31,470 nt of DNA, from IMG/VR virus record IMGVR_UViG_2541047775_000008. The stretch is one strand, 5' to 3'. The notes under the pieces are model-generated. The model was not told where the DNA came from. It saw nothing but the letters and a program-made list of their open reading frames with translations, and did no database searches. Position numbers and translations under genes: made by a program. Shown here piece after piece: positions 8,577 to 17,845 of the stretch (the first letter of the stretch is position 1; the number at the start of each line of letters is the position of its first letter). The stretch comes from a virus. Lineage: Duplodnaviria; Heunggongvirae; Uroviricota; Caudoviricetes.

Positions 8577-8599
8577 TAAAAAAGCCGCCCGCAGGCGGC
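8577..8599 (-). terminator. Rho-independent terminator downstream of Q
   Basis: On the minus strand: GCCGCC-TGCG-GGCGGC hairpin followed by TTTTTT, immediately after the Q stop. Confidence 0.5.
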
Positions 8600-8604
8600 G
8601 ATGT

Positions 8605-9639
8605 TCAGCCGTTGTCAGTGTCCAGTGAGTAGTTTTTAAAGCGGATGACCTCCTGACCGAGCCAGCCGTTTATCTCGCGGATCCTGTCCTGTAACGGGAT
8701 AAGCTCATTGCGGACAAAGACCTTTGCCACTTTCTCAATATCACCCAGCGACCCGACGTTCTCCGGCTTGCCCCCCATCAACTGAAAGGGGATGCGGTGT
8801 GCGTCCAGCAGGTCAGCGGCGCTGGCTTTTTTGATATTAAAAAAATCGTCCTTCGTCGCCACTTCACTGAGCGGGATAATTTTAATGCCGTCGGCTTTCC
8901 CCTGCGGGGCATAGAGAAACAGATTTTTAAAGTTATTGCGGCCTTTCGACTTAACCATGTTTTCGCGAAGCATTTCGATATCGTTGCGATCCTGCACGGC
9001 ATCGGTGACGTACATGATGTATCCGGCATGTGCGCCATTTTCGTAATACTTTCGGCGGAACAGCGTGGCCGACTCATTCAGCCAGGCAGAATTAAGGGCG
9101 CTGAGATATTCCGGCAGGCCGTACAACTCCTGATTAATATCCGGCTCCAGCAGGTGAAACACGGAGCCGGGCGCGAAGGCTGTCGGTTCGTTGAAGGACG
9201 GCACCCACCAGTAAACATCCTCTTCCACCCCACGGCGGGTATATTTTGCCGGTGAGGTTTCCAGTCTGATGACCTTACCGGTGGTGCTGTAACGCTTTTC
9301 CAGAAACGCATTACCGAACACCAGAAAATCCAGCACAAAGCGGCTGAAATCCTGTTGCGAAAGCCACGGATGCGGGATAAATGTCGAGGCCAGAATATTG
9401 CGTTTAACGTAAATCGGTGAGCTGTGATGCACGGCAGCACGCAGGCTTTTTGCCAGACCGGTAAAGCTGACCGGCGGCTCATACCATCTGCCGTTACTGA
9501 TGCACTCGACGTAATCCAGAATGTCACGGCGGTCGAGTACCGGCACCGGCTCACCAAAGGTGAATGCCTCCATTTTCGGGGCGCTGGCGGTCATTGTTTT
9601 CACCGCTGGCTGCGGTGTTTTCCCTTTTTTCTTGCTCAT
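8605..9639 (-). CDS. Q: Portal protein Q, 344 aa
   Basis: Length identical to P2 Q; position next to cos; 1-nt overlap with P. Confidence 0.9.
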   Translation of the reverse strand: MSKKKGKTPQPAVKTMTASAPKMEAFTFGEPVPVLDRRDILDYVECISNGRWYEPPVSFTGLAKSLRAAVHHSSPIYVKRNILASTFIPHPWLSQQDFSRFVLDFLVFGNAFLEKRYSTTGKVIRLETSPAKYTRRGVEEDVYWWVPSFNEPTAFAPGSVFHLLEPDINQELYGLPEYLSALNSAWLNESATLFRRKYYENGAHAGYIMYVTDAVQDRNDIEMLRENMVKSKGRNNFKNLFLYAPQGKADGIKIIPLSEVATKDDFFNIKKASAADLLDAHRIPFQLMGGKPENVGSLGDIEKVAKVFVRNELIPLQDRIREINGWLGQEVIRFKNYSLDTDNG

Positions 9640-11411
9640 CAGTAAAACTCCAGAATGGTGGATGTCAGCGGGGTGCTGATACCGGCGGTGAGTGGCTCAT
9701 TTAACAGGGCATGCATGGTCGCCCAGGCGAGGTCGGCGTGGCTGGCTTCCTCGCTGCGGCTGGCCTCATAGGTGGCGCTGCGTCCGCTGCTGGTCATGGT
9801 CTTGCGGATAGCCATAAACGAGCTGGTGATGTCGGTGGCGCTGACGTCATATTCCAGACAGCCACGGCGGATGACGTCTTTTGCCTTGAGCACCATTGCG
9901 GTTTTCATTTCCGGCGTGTAGCGGATGTCGCGCGCGGCGGGATAGAACGAGCGCACGAGCTGGAACACGCCGACACCGAGGCCGGTGGCATCAATACCGA
10001 TGTATTCGACGTTGTATTTTTCGGTGAGTTTGCGGATGGATTCCGCCTGGGTGGCAAAGTCCATGCCTTTCCACTGGTGACGCTCAAGTATTCTGAATTT
10101 GCCACCGGCCACCACCGGCGGTGCCAGTACCACGCATCCGGCGCTGTCGCCACGGTGTGACGGGTCGTAACCAATCCATACCGGACGTGAGCCGAACGGA
10201 TTGGCGGCAAACGGCGCATAGTCTTCCCATTCTTCCAGCGTGTCGACCATGCAGCGTTGCAGCTCCTCGAACGGGAACACCGACGCCTTGTCGTCAACAA
10301 ATTCACACATGAACAGGTTTTTAAAATCGTCGGCGCTGTTTTCGCGTTTGAGCTGTTCAATGTCGAACAGCGTGCAGCCGCCTTTCAGGGCGTCCTCAAT
10401 GGTGACAATCTGCCGCCACTGACCGTCCGCACAGAGAAGCCCTCCGGCAAGGGCGTTATGACTGACGTCGATTTCCACGCGTTCAGCGGCGCTGGCGCGT
10501 CCCCGGTTGAACAGTTCACCCGACCAGAACGGGTAGGCGTCGTGCGCCAGCGTGGACGGGGTGGAGAAATAGGTCGAGCGCAGGTGACTCTGTGAGGCCA
10601 TACCTGATGCCACCTTACGCAGTACCTGAAAATTCGGGATCCAGAAAATCTCATCGACGTACAGGTCGCCGTTATGACTCTGTGCGGTGTTGGAGTTGGT
10701 GCCGAGAAAAATCAGTTTTGCGCCGTTATTGCCCAGGACAATCGGGTCACCGGTCAGGTCAACGTCAACCAGACGGGCAAAGGCGATGATGTATTCACGG
10801 AATACATACGCCTGCGTTTTACTGGCCGACAGAAAAATCTGGTTATGACCGGTTTTCAGGGCGCGCAGCAGCGCCTCGCGGGAAAAATAAAACGTTGCGC
10901 CAATCTGACGGGATTTCAGGATATCGCGGATGCGGTGCTCAAGCCCGGCGCGATACCAGTGCAACTGATAGTCGAAAGACTGCTCAAAGAAAATCTGCTC
11001 CAGCTTTTCGATGGCCTCGTCACTGAAAAAATTCTTTTTCGGTTTGCGCCGCCCGCCTTTGTTGCGGTTAGCGACGTTCGGATTAAGGTCTGCCTCGTTG
11101 CCGGTCTGGCTGTAACGATTTACCCGTGCCAGTCGTTCAATCTGGCGTCCCAGCAGGTCAATTTCCTTGAAGTCACCGCCGGTTTTCTGCGGTTTGATGA
11201 TGAGCTGGGTCAGTCGCGCTTCCAGACTCATTTCGACACGGCTGATGGGGGCAACGCTGTCCCAGCCGTCGCGCTGTTTCCAGCTCTGCACCGTCGGGCG
11301 TTTCATCTGCAACATGGCGGCAATCTGCGGCACGGAAAACCCCTGCCAGTACAGCAGCGCCGCCTGACGACGCGGGTCGTGTAAAAGAGTGGTGTCTGTG
11401 GTGATGGTCAT
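9639..11411 (-). CDS. P: Terminase large (ATPase) subunit P, 590 aa
   Basis: Start MTITTDTTLLHD at 11411 with RBS GAGG; length equals P2 P. ORF-track start at 11441 is an extension. Confidence 0.9.
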   Translation of the reverse strand: MTITTDTTLLHDPRRQAALLYWQGFSVPQIAAMLQMKRPTVQSWKQRDGWDSVAPISRVEMSLEARLTQLIIKPQKTGGDFKEIDLLGRQIERLARVNRYSQTGNEADLNPNVANRNKGGRRKPKKNFFSDEAIEKLEQIFFEQSFDYQLHWYRAGLEHRIRDILKSRQIGATFYFSREALLRALKTGHNQIFLSASKTQAYVFREYIIAFARLVDVDLTGDPIVLGNNGAKLIFLGTNSNTAQSHNGDLYVDEIFWIPNFQVLRKVASGMASQSHLRSTYFSTPSTLAHDAYPFWSGELFNRGRASAAERVEIDVSHNALAGGLLCADGQWRQIVTIEDALKGGCTLFDIEQLKRENSADDFKNLFMCEFVDDKASVFPFEELQRCMVDTLEEWEDYAPFAANPFGSRPVWIGYDPSHRGDSAGCVVLAPPVVAGGKFRILERHQWKGMDFATQAESIRKLTEKYNVEYIGIDATGLGVGVFQLVRSFYPAARDIRYTPEMKTAMVLKAKDVIRRGCLEYDVSATDITSSFMAIRKTMTSSGRSATYEASRSEEASHADLAWATMHALLNEPLTAGISTPLTSTILEFY

Positions 11412-11479
11412 GAATACCTCGCCGTGATGAATACACGGCAAGGCTACTGAGTCGCGCCCCGCGATTCGCTAAGGTGCTG

Positions 11480-11498
11480 TTGTGTCAGTGATAAGCCA
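11480..11498 (+). promoter_or_regulatory. Candidate late-promoter upstream element for the O operon
   Basis: TTGTGTCA-N7-GCCA; a near-identical element occurs upstream of FI (23638..23656) and a related one upstream of V (17780..17798). Confidence 0.35.
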
Positions 11499-11584
11499 TC
11501 CGGGACTGATGGCGGAGGATGCGCATCGTCGGGAAACTGGTGCCGACATGTGACTCCTCTAATCACTATTCAGGACTCCTGACA

Positions 11585-12439
11585 ATGGCAAAAAAAGTCT
11601 CAAAATTCTTTCGTATCGGCGTTGAGGGTGACACCTGTGACGGGCGTGTCATCAGTGCGCAGGATATTCAGGAAATGGCCGAAACCTTTGACCCGCGAGT
11701 CTATGGTTGCCGCATTAACCTGGAACATCTGCGCGGCATCCTGCCTGACGGTATTTTTAAGCGTTATGGCGATGTGGCCGAACTGAAGGCCGAAAAGATT
11801 GACGATGATTCGGCGCTGAAAGGCAAATGGGCGCTGTTTGCGAAAATCACCCCGACCGATGACCTTATCGCGATGAACAAGGCCGCGCAGAAGGTCTACA
11901 CCTCAATGGAAATTCAGCCGAACTTTGCCAACACCGGCAAATGTTATCTGGTGGGGCTGGCCGTCACCGATGACCCGGCAAGCCTCGGCACGGAATACCT
12001 GGAATTCTGCCGCACGGCAAAACACAACCCCCTGAACCGCTTCAAATTAAGCCCTGAAAACCTGATTTCAGTGGCAACGCCTGTTGAGCTGGAATTTGAA
12101 GACCTGCCTGAAACCGTGTTCACCGCCCTGACCGAAAAGGTGAAATCCATTTTTGGCCGCAAACAGGCCAGCGATGACGCCCGTCTGAATGACGTGCATG
12201 AAGCGGTGACCGCTGTTGCTGAACATGTGCAGGAAAAACTGAGCGCCACTGAGCAGCGCCTCGCTGAGATGGAAAACGCCTTTTCCGCACTTAAGCAGGA
12301 GGTGACTGACAGGGCGGATGAAACCAGCCAGGCATTCACCCGCCTGAAAAACAGTCTCGACCACACCGAAAGTCTGACCCAGCAGCGCCGCAGTAAAGCC
12401 ACCGGCGGTGGCGGTGACGCCCTGATGACGAACTGCTGA
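11585..12439 (+). CDS. O: Capsid scaffold protein O, 284 aa
   Basis: Start MAKKVSKFF at 11585; length equals P2 O; coiled-coil-like C-terminus. Confidence 0.85.
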   Translation: MAKKVSKFFRIGVEGDTCDGRVISAQDIQEMAETFDPRVYGCRINLEHLRGILPDGIFKRYGDVAELKAEKIDDDSALKGKWALFAKITPTDDLIAMNKAAQKVYTSMEIQPNFANTGKCYLVGLAVTDDPASLGTEYLEFCRTAKHNPLNRFKLSPENLISVATPVELEFEDLPETVFTALTEKVKSIFGRKQASDDARLNDVHEAVTAVAEHVQEKLSATEQRLAEMENAFSALKQEVTDRADETSQAFTRLKNSLDHTESLTQQRRSKATGGGGDALMTNC

Positions 12440-12497
12440 CCGGTGTCAGTCAGTCCGGGAAAACCTTCACGATTAACCCTTAATTTCAGGAAAAACT

Positions 12498-13571
12498 ATG
12501 CGCCAGGAAACCCGCTTTAAATTTAATGCCTACCTGTCCCGTGTTGCCGAACTGAACGGCATCGACGCCGGTGATGTGTCGAAAAAATTCACCGTTGAAC
12601 CGTCGGTCACCCAGACCCTGATGAACACCATGCAGGAGTCCTCTGACTTTCTGACCCGCATCAACATTGTGCCGGTCAGCGAAATGAAAGGGGAAAAAAT
12701 TGGTATTGGTGTCACCGGCTCCATCGCCAGCACCAGCGACACCGCCGGTGGAACCGAGCGTCAGCCGAAGGACTTCTCGAAGCTGGCGTCAAACAAGTAC
12801 GAATGCGACCAGATTAACTTCGATTTTTATATCCGCTACAAAACGCTTGACCTGTGGGCGCGTTATCAGGATTTCCAGCTCCGTATCCGTAACGCCATTA
12901 TCAAACGCCAGTCCCTTGATTTCATCATGGCCGGTTTTAACGGCGTGAAGCGTGCAGAAACCTCTGACCGCAGCAGCAATCCGATGCTGCAGGATGTGGC
13001 GGTCGGCTGGCTGCAGAAATACCGCAATGAAGCCCCGGCGCGCGTGATGAGCAAGGTCACTGACGAGGAAGGGCACACCACCTCTGAGGTCATCCGCGTG
13101 GGTAAGGGCGGTGATTATGCCAGCCTTGACGCACTGGTGATGGATGCGACCAACAACCTGATTGAGCCGTGGTATCAGGAAGACCCTGACCTTGTGGTGA
13201 TTGTGGGACGTCAGCTACTGGCGGACAAGTATTTCCCCATCGTTAACAAGGAGCAGGACAACAGCGAAATGCTGGCCGCTGACGTCATCATCAGCCAGAA
13301 ACGCATCGGTAACCTGCCAGCGGTACGCGTCCCGTACTTCCCGGCGGATGCGATGCTCATCACGAAGCTGGAAAACCTGTCCATCTACTACATGGATGAC
13401 AGCCATCGCCGCGTGATTGAGGAAAACCCGAAACTCGACCGCGTGGAGAACTACGAGTCAATGAACATTGATTACGTGGTGGAAGACTACGCCGCCGGTT
13501 GTCTGGTGGAAAAAATTAAGGTCGGTGATTTCTCCACACCGGCCAGGGCGACCGCAGAGCCGGGAGCGTAA
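12498..13571 (+). CDS. N: Major capsid protein N, 357 aa
   Basis: Length identical to P2 N; synteny. Confidence 0.9.
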   Translation: MRQETRFKFNAYLSRVAELNGIDAGDVSKKFTVEPSVTQTLMNTMQESSDFLTRINIVPVSEMKGEKIGIGVTGSIASTSDTAGGTERQPKDFSKLASNKYECDQINFDFYIRYKTLDLWARYQDFQLRIRNAIIKRQSLDFIMAGFNGVKRAETSDRSSNPMLQDVAVGWLQKYRNEAPARVMSKVTDEEGHTTSEVIRVGKGGDYASLDALVMDATNNLIEPWYQEDPDLVVIVGRQLLADKYFPIVNKEQDNSEMLAADVIISQKRIGNLPAVRVPYFPADAMLITKLENLSIYYMDDSHRRVIEENPKLDRVENYESMNIDYVVEDYAAGCLVEKIKVGDFSTPARATAEPGA

Positions 13572-13574
13572 CCG

Positions 13575-14312
13575 ATGACGAGTCCCGCACAGCGCCACAT
13601 GATGCGGGTCTCGGCAGCGATGACCGCGCAGCGGGAAGCCGCCCCGCTGCGACATGCAACTGTCTATGAGCAGATGCTGGTTAAGCTCGCCGCAGACCAG
13701 CGCACACTGAAAGCGATTTATTCAAAAGAGCTTAAGGCCGCGAAAAAGCGCGAACTGCTGCCGTTCTGGTTGCCGTGGGTGAACGGTGTGCTGGAGCAGG
13801 GCAAAGGTGCACAGGATGACATTCTGATGACGGTCATGCTGTGGCGTCTGGATACCGGCGATATTGCCGGTGCGCTGGAGATTGCCCGTTATGCCCTGAA
13901 GTACGGTCTGACCATGCCGGGTAAACACCGCCGCACCCCGCCGTACATGTTCACCGAGGAGGTGGCGCTCGCGGCCATGCGCGCCCACGCTGCCGGTGAG
14001 TCTGTGGATACCCGCCTGCTGACGGACACCCTTGAACTGACCGCCGCTGCTGACATGCCTGATGAAGTGCGCGCAAAGCTGCACAAAATCACCGGTCTGT
14101 TTCTGCGTGACGCTGGTGATGCCGCCGGTGCGCTGGCGCACCTGCAACGTGCGACACAGCTCGACTGTCAGGCAGGCGTCAAAAAAGAGATTGAACGACT
14201 GGAGCGGGAACTGAAACCGAAGCCGCAGCCAAAAGCGGCCACCCGCGCCCCGCGTAAGACCCGGAGCGCGACACCGGCAAAACGTGGACGCCCGAAAAAG
14301 AAAGCCAGTTAA
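13575..14312 (+). CDS. M: Terminase small (endonuclease) subunit M, 245 aa
   Basis: Synteny and size (P2 M 247 aa); basic C-terminal tail. Confidence 0.85.
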   Translation: MTSPAQRHMMRVSAAMTAQREAAPLRHATVYEQMLVKLAADQRTLKAIYSKELKAAKKRELLPFWLPWVNGVLEQGKGAQDDILMTVMLWRLDTGDIAGALEIARYALKYGLTMPGKHRRTPPYMFTEEVALAAMRAHAAGESVDTRLLTDTLELTAAADMPDEVRAKLHKITGLFLRDAGDAAGALAHLQRATQLDCQAGVKKEIERLERELKPKPQPKAATRAPRKTRSATPAKRGRPKKKAS

Positions 14313-14411
14313 CAACCGAATGCGCCCCGCGCCAGGGCGGCACGCCGGTCAGTGAGGGTGAGTCACCTGACACTGCACCGGCGTCCACCGCCCGACTTTT
14401 CAGAGGTAGTC

Positions 14412-14921
14412 ATGATGACGCTGATTATTCCGCGAAAGGAGGCTCCCGTGTCCGGTGAGGGTACGGTGGTCATCCCGCAACCGGCAGGCGACGAGCCGGT
14501 GATTAAAAACACGTTCTTTTTTCCCGATATCGACCCGAAGCGCGTCCGGGAACGTATGCGCCTTGAGCAGACCGTCGCCCCCGCCCGTCTGCGTGAGGCC
14601 ATCAAGTCAGGCATGGCGGAGACGAATGCGGAGCTGTACGAGTACCGCGAACAGAAAATTGCCGCCGGTTTTACGCGTCTGGCGGACGTCCCGGCGGACG
14701 ACATCGACGGTGAAAGCATCAAAGTTTTTTACTACGAGCGCGCCGTGTGTTCGATGGCGACCGCGTCGCTTTATGAGCGTTATCGCGGCGTGGATGCCAG
14801 TGCGAAAGGCGACAAAAAGGCCGACAGCATAGACAGCACCATTGATGAGCTGTGGCGGGATATGCGCTGGGCAGTGGCGCGCATCCAGGACAAGCCGCGC
14901 TGCATCGTGAGTCAAATCTGA
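14412..14921 (+). CDS. L: Head completion protein L, 169 aa
   Basis: ATG 14412 with RBS GAGG; length equals P2 L. Confidence 0.85.
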   Translation: MMTLIIPRKEAPVSGEGTVVIPQPAGDEPVIKNTFFFPDIDPKRVRERMRLEQTVAPARLREAIKSGMAETNAELYEYREQKIAAGFTRLADVPADDIDGESIKVFYYERAVCSMATASLYERYRGVDASAKGDKKADSIDSTIDELWRDMRWAVARIQDKPRCIVSQI

Positions 14922-15124
14922 TGAAGACCTTTGCGCTACAGGGCGACACGCTCGACGCCATTTGTGTCCGGTATTACGGGCGCACTGAGGGCGTGGTCGA
15001 GGCCGTGCTCGCCGCAAATCCGGGACTGGCTGAACTGGGTGCGGTGCTGCCACATGGCACCGCCGTCGAACTGCCCGACGTTCAGACCGCGCCCGTGGCT
15101 GAAACTGTCAATCTGTGGGAGTAA
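14921..15124 (+). CDS. X: Tail protein X (LysM-like), 67 aa
   Basis: Start overlaps L stop (TGATG); length equals P2 X. Confidence 0.8.
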   Translation: MKTFALQGDTLDAICVRYYGRTEGVVEAVLAANPGLAELGAVLPHGTAVELPDVQTAPVAETVNLWE

Positions 15125-15127
15125 CGC

Positions 15128-15409
15128 ATGACAGCAGAAGAAAAAAGCGTCCTGTCGCTTTTCATGATTGGGGTGCTGATTGTTGTCGGCAAGGTGCTTG
15201 CCGGTGGTGAACCCATCACCCCGCGTCTGTTTATCGGGCGCATGTTGCTCGGTGGTTTTGTCTCGATGGTTGCCGGTGTTGTTCTGGTGCAGTTTCCTGA
15301 CCTGTCACTGCCTGCGGTGTGCGGCATCGGCTCCATGCTGGGTATCGCCGGTTATCAGGTGATTGAGATTGCCATTCAGCGCCGCTTTAAGGGCAGGGGG
15401 AAACAGTAA
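15128..15409 (+). CDS. Y: Holin Y, 93 aa
   Basis: Hydrophobic membrane protein with basic C-terminus, directly upstream of endolysin; length equals P2 Y. Confidence 0.85.
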   Translation: MTAEEKSVLSLFMIGVLIVVGKVLAGGEPITPRLFIGRMLLGGFVSMVAGVVLVQFPDLSLPAVCGIGSMLGIAGYQVIEIAIQRRFKGRGKQ

Positions 15410-15906
15410 TGCCGGTAATTAACACGCATCAGAATATCGCCGCCTTTCTCGACATGCTGGCCGTGTCCGAAGGGACGGCGAATCATCCGCTGACGAAAAA
15501 CCGGGGCTATGACGTGATAGTCACCGGACTGGACGGGAAGCCGGAAATCTTCACCGACTACAGTGACCACCCGTTCGCGCATGGCCGACCGGCGAAGGTG
15601 TTTAACCGTCGCGGTGAAAAATCCACGGCCTCCGGTCGCTATCAGCAGCTTTACCTGTTCTGGCCGCATTACCGCAAACAGCTTGCCCTGCCGGATTTCA
15701 GTCCGCTGTCACAGGACAGACTTGCCATTCAGTTGATCCGTGAACGCGGTGCACTGGATGACATCCGGGCGGGGCGCATTGAGCGCGCCATTTCACGCTG
15801 TCGCAATATCTGGGCGTCCCTGCCGGGTGCCGGTTACGGTCAGCGTGAGCATTCACTGGAAAAACTGGTCACCGTCTGGCGTACCGCTGGCGGTGTACCG
15901 GCTTAA
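15409..15906 (+). CDS. K: Endolysin K (lambda R-like lysozyme / transglycosylase), 165 aa
   Basis: AFLDMLAVSEGT...GYDVIV...FTDYSDHP...GRYQ...ALPDFSP...IWASLPGAGYGQ closely resembles lambda R; length equals P2 K. Confidence 0.9.
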   Translation: MPVINTHQNIAAFLDMLAVSEGTANHPLTKNRGYDVIVTGLDGKPEIFTDYSDHPFAHGRPAKVFNRRGEKSTASGRYQQLYLFWPHYRKQLALPDFSPLSQDRLAIQLIRERGALDDIRAGRIERAISRCRNIWASLPGAGYGQREHSLEKLVTVWRTAGGVPA

Positions 15907-15920
15907 ACGGAGTAAACACC

Positions 15921-16346
15921 ATGAAGAAATTATCCCTTTCACTGATGCTGAATGTGTCGCTGGCGCTGATGCTGGCACTGTCCCTGATTTACCCGCAGAG
16001 CGTGGCCGTCAATTTTGTCGCTGCCTGGGCGATTCTGGCGACGGTTATTTGTGTGGTTGCCGGTGGTATCGGCGTGTATGCCACTGAGTATGTGCTGGAA
16101 CGCTACGGGCGGGAGCTGCCGCCGGAATCGCTGGCCGTGAAGATTGTCGCGTCGCTGTTTTTGCAGCCGGTGCCGTGGCGCAGACGGGCGGCGGCTCTGG
16201 TGGTGATGGTGGCGACGTTTATCTCGCTGGTCGCTGCCGGGTGGATTTTTACCGCGCTGATTTACCTCGTGGCGTCGGTGTTCTTCCGGTTGATACGCAC
16301 GGCCTGTCGTCAGCGTTTTGAGGGGCGGGAACCATGTCAAAGCTGA
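15921..16346 (+). CDS. lysA: Lysis accessory membrane protein LysA, 141 aa
   Basis: Multi-pass hydrophobic protein, same length as P2 LysA. Confidence 0.8.
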   Translation: MKKLSLSLMLNVSLALMLALSLIYPQSVAVNFVAAWAILATVICVVAGGIGVYATEYVLERYGRELPPESLAVKIVASLFLQPVPWRRRAAALVVMVATFISLVAAGWIFTALIYLVASVFFRLIRTACRQRFEGREPCQS

Positions 16347-16759
16347 TGATTGTGCTGGTTGTGTTGTTATCACTGGCGGTGGCCGGTCTGTTTCTGGCGA
16401 AGCATGAAAACGCCAGCCTGCGCACCTCGCTGGACAGGGCGAACAACGTCGCCAACGGGCAGCAGACGACCATCACCATGCTGAAAAATCAGCTTCATGT
16501 TGCCCTCACCAGAGCAGACAAAAACGAGCTGGCGCAGGTGGCACTGCGTCAGGAACTGGAGAACGCGGCGAAGCGTGAAGCACAGCGCGAGAAAACCATC
16601 ACGAGGTTACTGAATGAAAACGAAGATTTTCGCCGCTGGTACGGCGCTGGCCTGCCTGATGCTGTGCGCCGGTTGCACCAGCGCCCGGCCTGCACCGACG
16701 CCAGTGATTGTCGCCAACGCCTGCCCGAAAGTGAGTCTTTGCCCGATGCCGGGCAGTGA
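16334..16759 (+). CDS. lysB: LysB (Rz-like inner-membrane spanin), 141 aa
   Basis: N-terminal TM segment then coiled-coil region; same length as P2 LysB. Confidence 0.8.
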   Translation: MSKLMIVLVVLLSLAVAGLFLAKHENASLRTSLDRANNVANGQQTTITMLKNQLHVALTRADKNELAQVALRQELENAAKREAQREKTITRLLNENEDFRRWYGAGLPDAVRRLHQRPACTDASDCRQRLPESESLPDAGQ

Positions 16760-16904
16760 CCCGGAGACGAACGGCGATTTAAGTGCCGATATCCGGCAGC
16801 TTGAGAACGCGCTGGCACGCTGTGCCAGCCAGGTAAAAATGATTAAACACTGTCAGGACGAAAACGATGCTCAAACCCGACAGCCTGCGCAGGGCGCTGA
16901 CTGA
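16614..16904 (+). CDS. lysC: LysC (Rz1-like outer-membrane lipoprotein spanin), 96 aa, nested out of frame in the 3' part of lysB
   Basis: Signal peptide with lipobox LCAGC; embedded in lysB in another frame; same length as P2 LysC. Confidence 0.75.
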   Translation: MKTKIFAAGTALACLMLCAGCTSARPAPTPVIVANACPKVSLCPMPGSDPETNGDLSADIRQLENALARCASQVKMIKHCQDENDAQTRQPAQGAD

Positions 16905-17334
16905 TGCCGTCACGGTGCTGAAAACCAGTCCCGAGATGCTGCGGATATTCGTGGATAACGGGAGTATTGCCTCCACACTGGCGACGTCGTTGTCATTCGA
17001 AAAGCGTTACACGCTCAATGTCATTGTGACCGACTTTACCGGTGATTTTGACCTGCTCATCGTGCCGGTGCTGGCGTGGCTGCGGGAAAATCAGCCCGAC
17101 ATCATGACCACCGACGAAGGCCAGAAAAAGGGCTTCACGTTTTATGCAGACATCAACAATGACAGCAGCTTTGATATCAGCATCAGCCTGATGCTGACCG
17201 AGCGCACGCTGGTCAGTGAGGTGGACGGCGCACTGCATGTGAAGAATATCCCGGAACCCCCGCCGCCGGAGCCGGTCACCCGCCCGATGGAGCTTTATAT
17301 CAATGGCGAACTGGTGAGCAAGTGGGATGAATGA
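16867..17334 (+). CDS. R: Tail completion protein R, 155 aa
   Basis: Length and synteny as P2 R. Confidence 0.85.
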   Translation: MLKPDSLRRALTDAVTVLKTSPEMLRIFVDNGSIASTLATSLSFEKRYTLNVIVTDFTGDFDLLIVPVLAWLRENQPDIMTTDEGQKKGFTFYADINNDSSFDISISLMLTERTLVSEVDGALHVKNIPEPPPPEPVTRPMELYINGELVSKWDE

Positions 17335-17779
17335 GTTTAAGCGTTTTGAAGACCGGCTGGCCGGACTGATTGAATCGCTGTCACCGTCAGGGCGTCGGCG
17401 ACTGAGTGCCGAACTGGCGAAACGTCTGCGGCAGAGTCAGCAGCGTCGGGTGATGGCACAGAAAGCCCCGGACGGCACACCCTATGCGCCACGCCAGCAG
17501 CAGAGCGCCAGAAAAAAGACCGGTCGTGTTAAGCGAAAAATGTTTGCGAAACTTATCACCAGTCGTTTTTTGCATATCCGCGCCAGCCCTGAACAGGCAT
17601 CAATGGAGTTTTACGGCGGAAAGTCACCGAAAATCGCCAGCGTGCATCAGTTCGGTCTGTCGGAAGAAAACCGGAAAGACGGTAAGAAAATTGATTATCC
17701 GGCGCGTCCTCTGCTCGGCTTTACCGGTGAGGATGTGCAGATGATTGAAGAGATTATCCTGGCTCACCTCGACCGTTAG
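17327..17779 (+). CDS. S: Tail completion protein S, 150 aa
   Basis: Length and synteny as P2 S. Confidence 0.85.
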   Translation: MNEFKRFEDRLAGLIESLSPSGRRRLSAELAKRLRQSQQRRVMAQKAPDGTPYAPRQQQSARKKTGRVKRKMFAKLITSRFLHIRASPEQASMEFYGGKSPKIASVHQFGLSEENRKDGKKIDYPARPLLGFTGEDVQMIEEIILAHLDR

Positions 17780-17845
17780 TTGTGCCATTCCCGACACCTC
17801 ATCGTCACATTGCCGCCGGTATGACCCGGCGGCATCCTTCCCGTT

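Noticed and set aside
8400-8580. GC-rich short repeats (GGCGGG, GGTG tracts) considered as a possible CRISPR or iteron array
   Set aside because: Repeats are short, irregular and unspaced; the location and the 19-nt motif fit a cos region instead.
9078-11384. Several long antisense or out-of-frame ORFs overlapping Q and P (for example 9078..9557 minus, 9905..10360 minus, 10674..11384 plus)
   Set aside because: GC-rich DNA gives long spurious ORFs; they are Arg/Ala/Pro-rich and embedded in well-supported terminase and portal genes.
13722-14315. 197-aa minus-strand ORF overlapping M
   Set aside because: Antisense to the terminase small-subunit gene in a conserved operon; no RBS.
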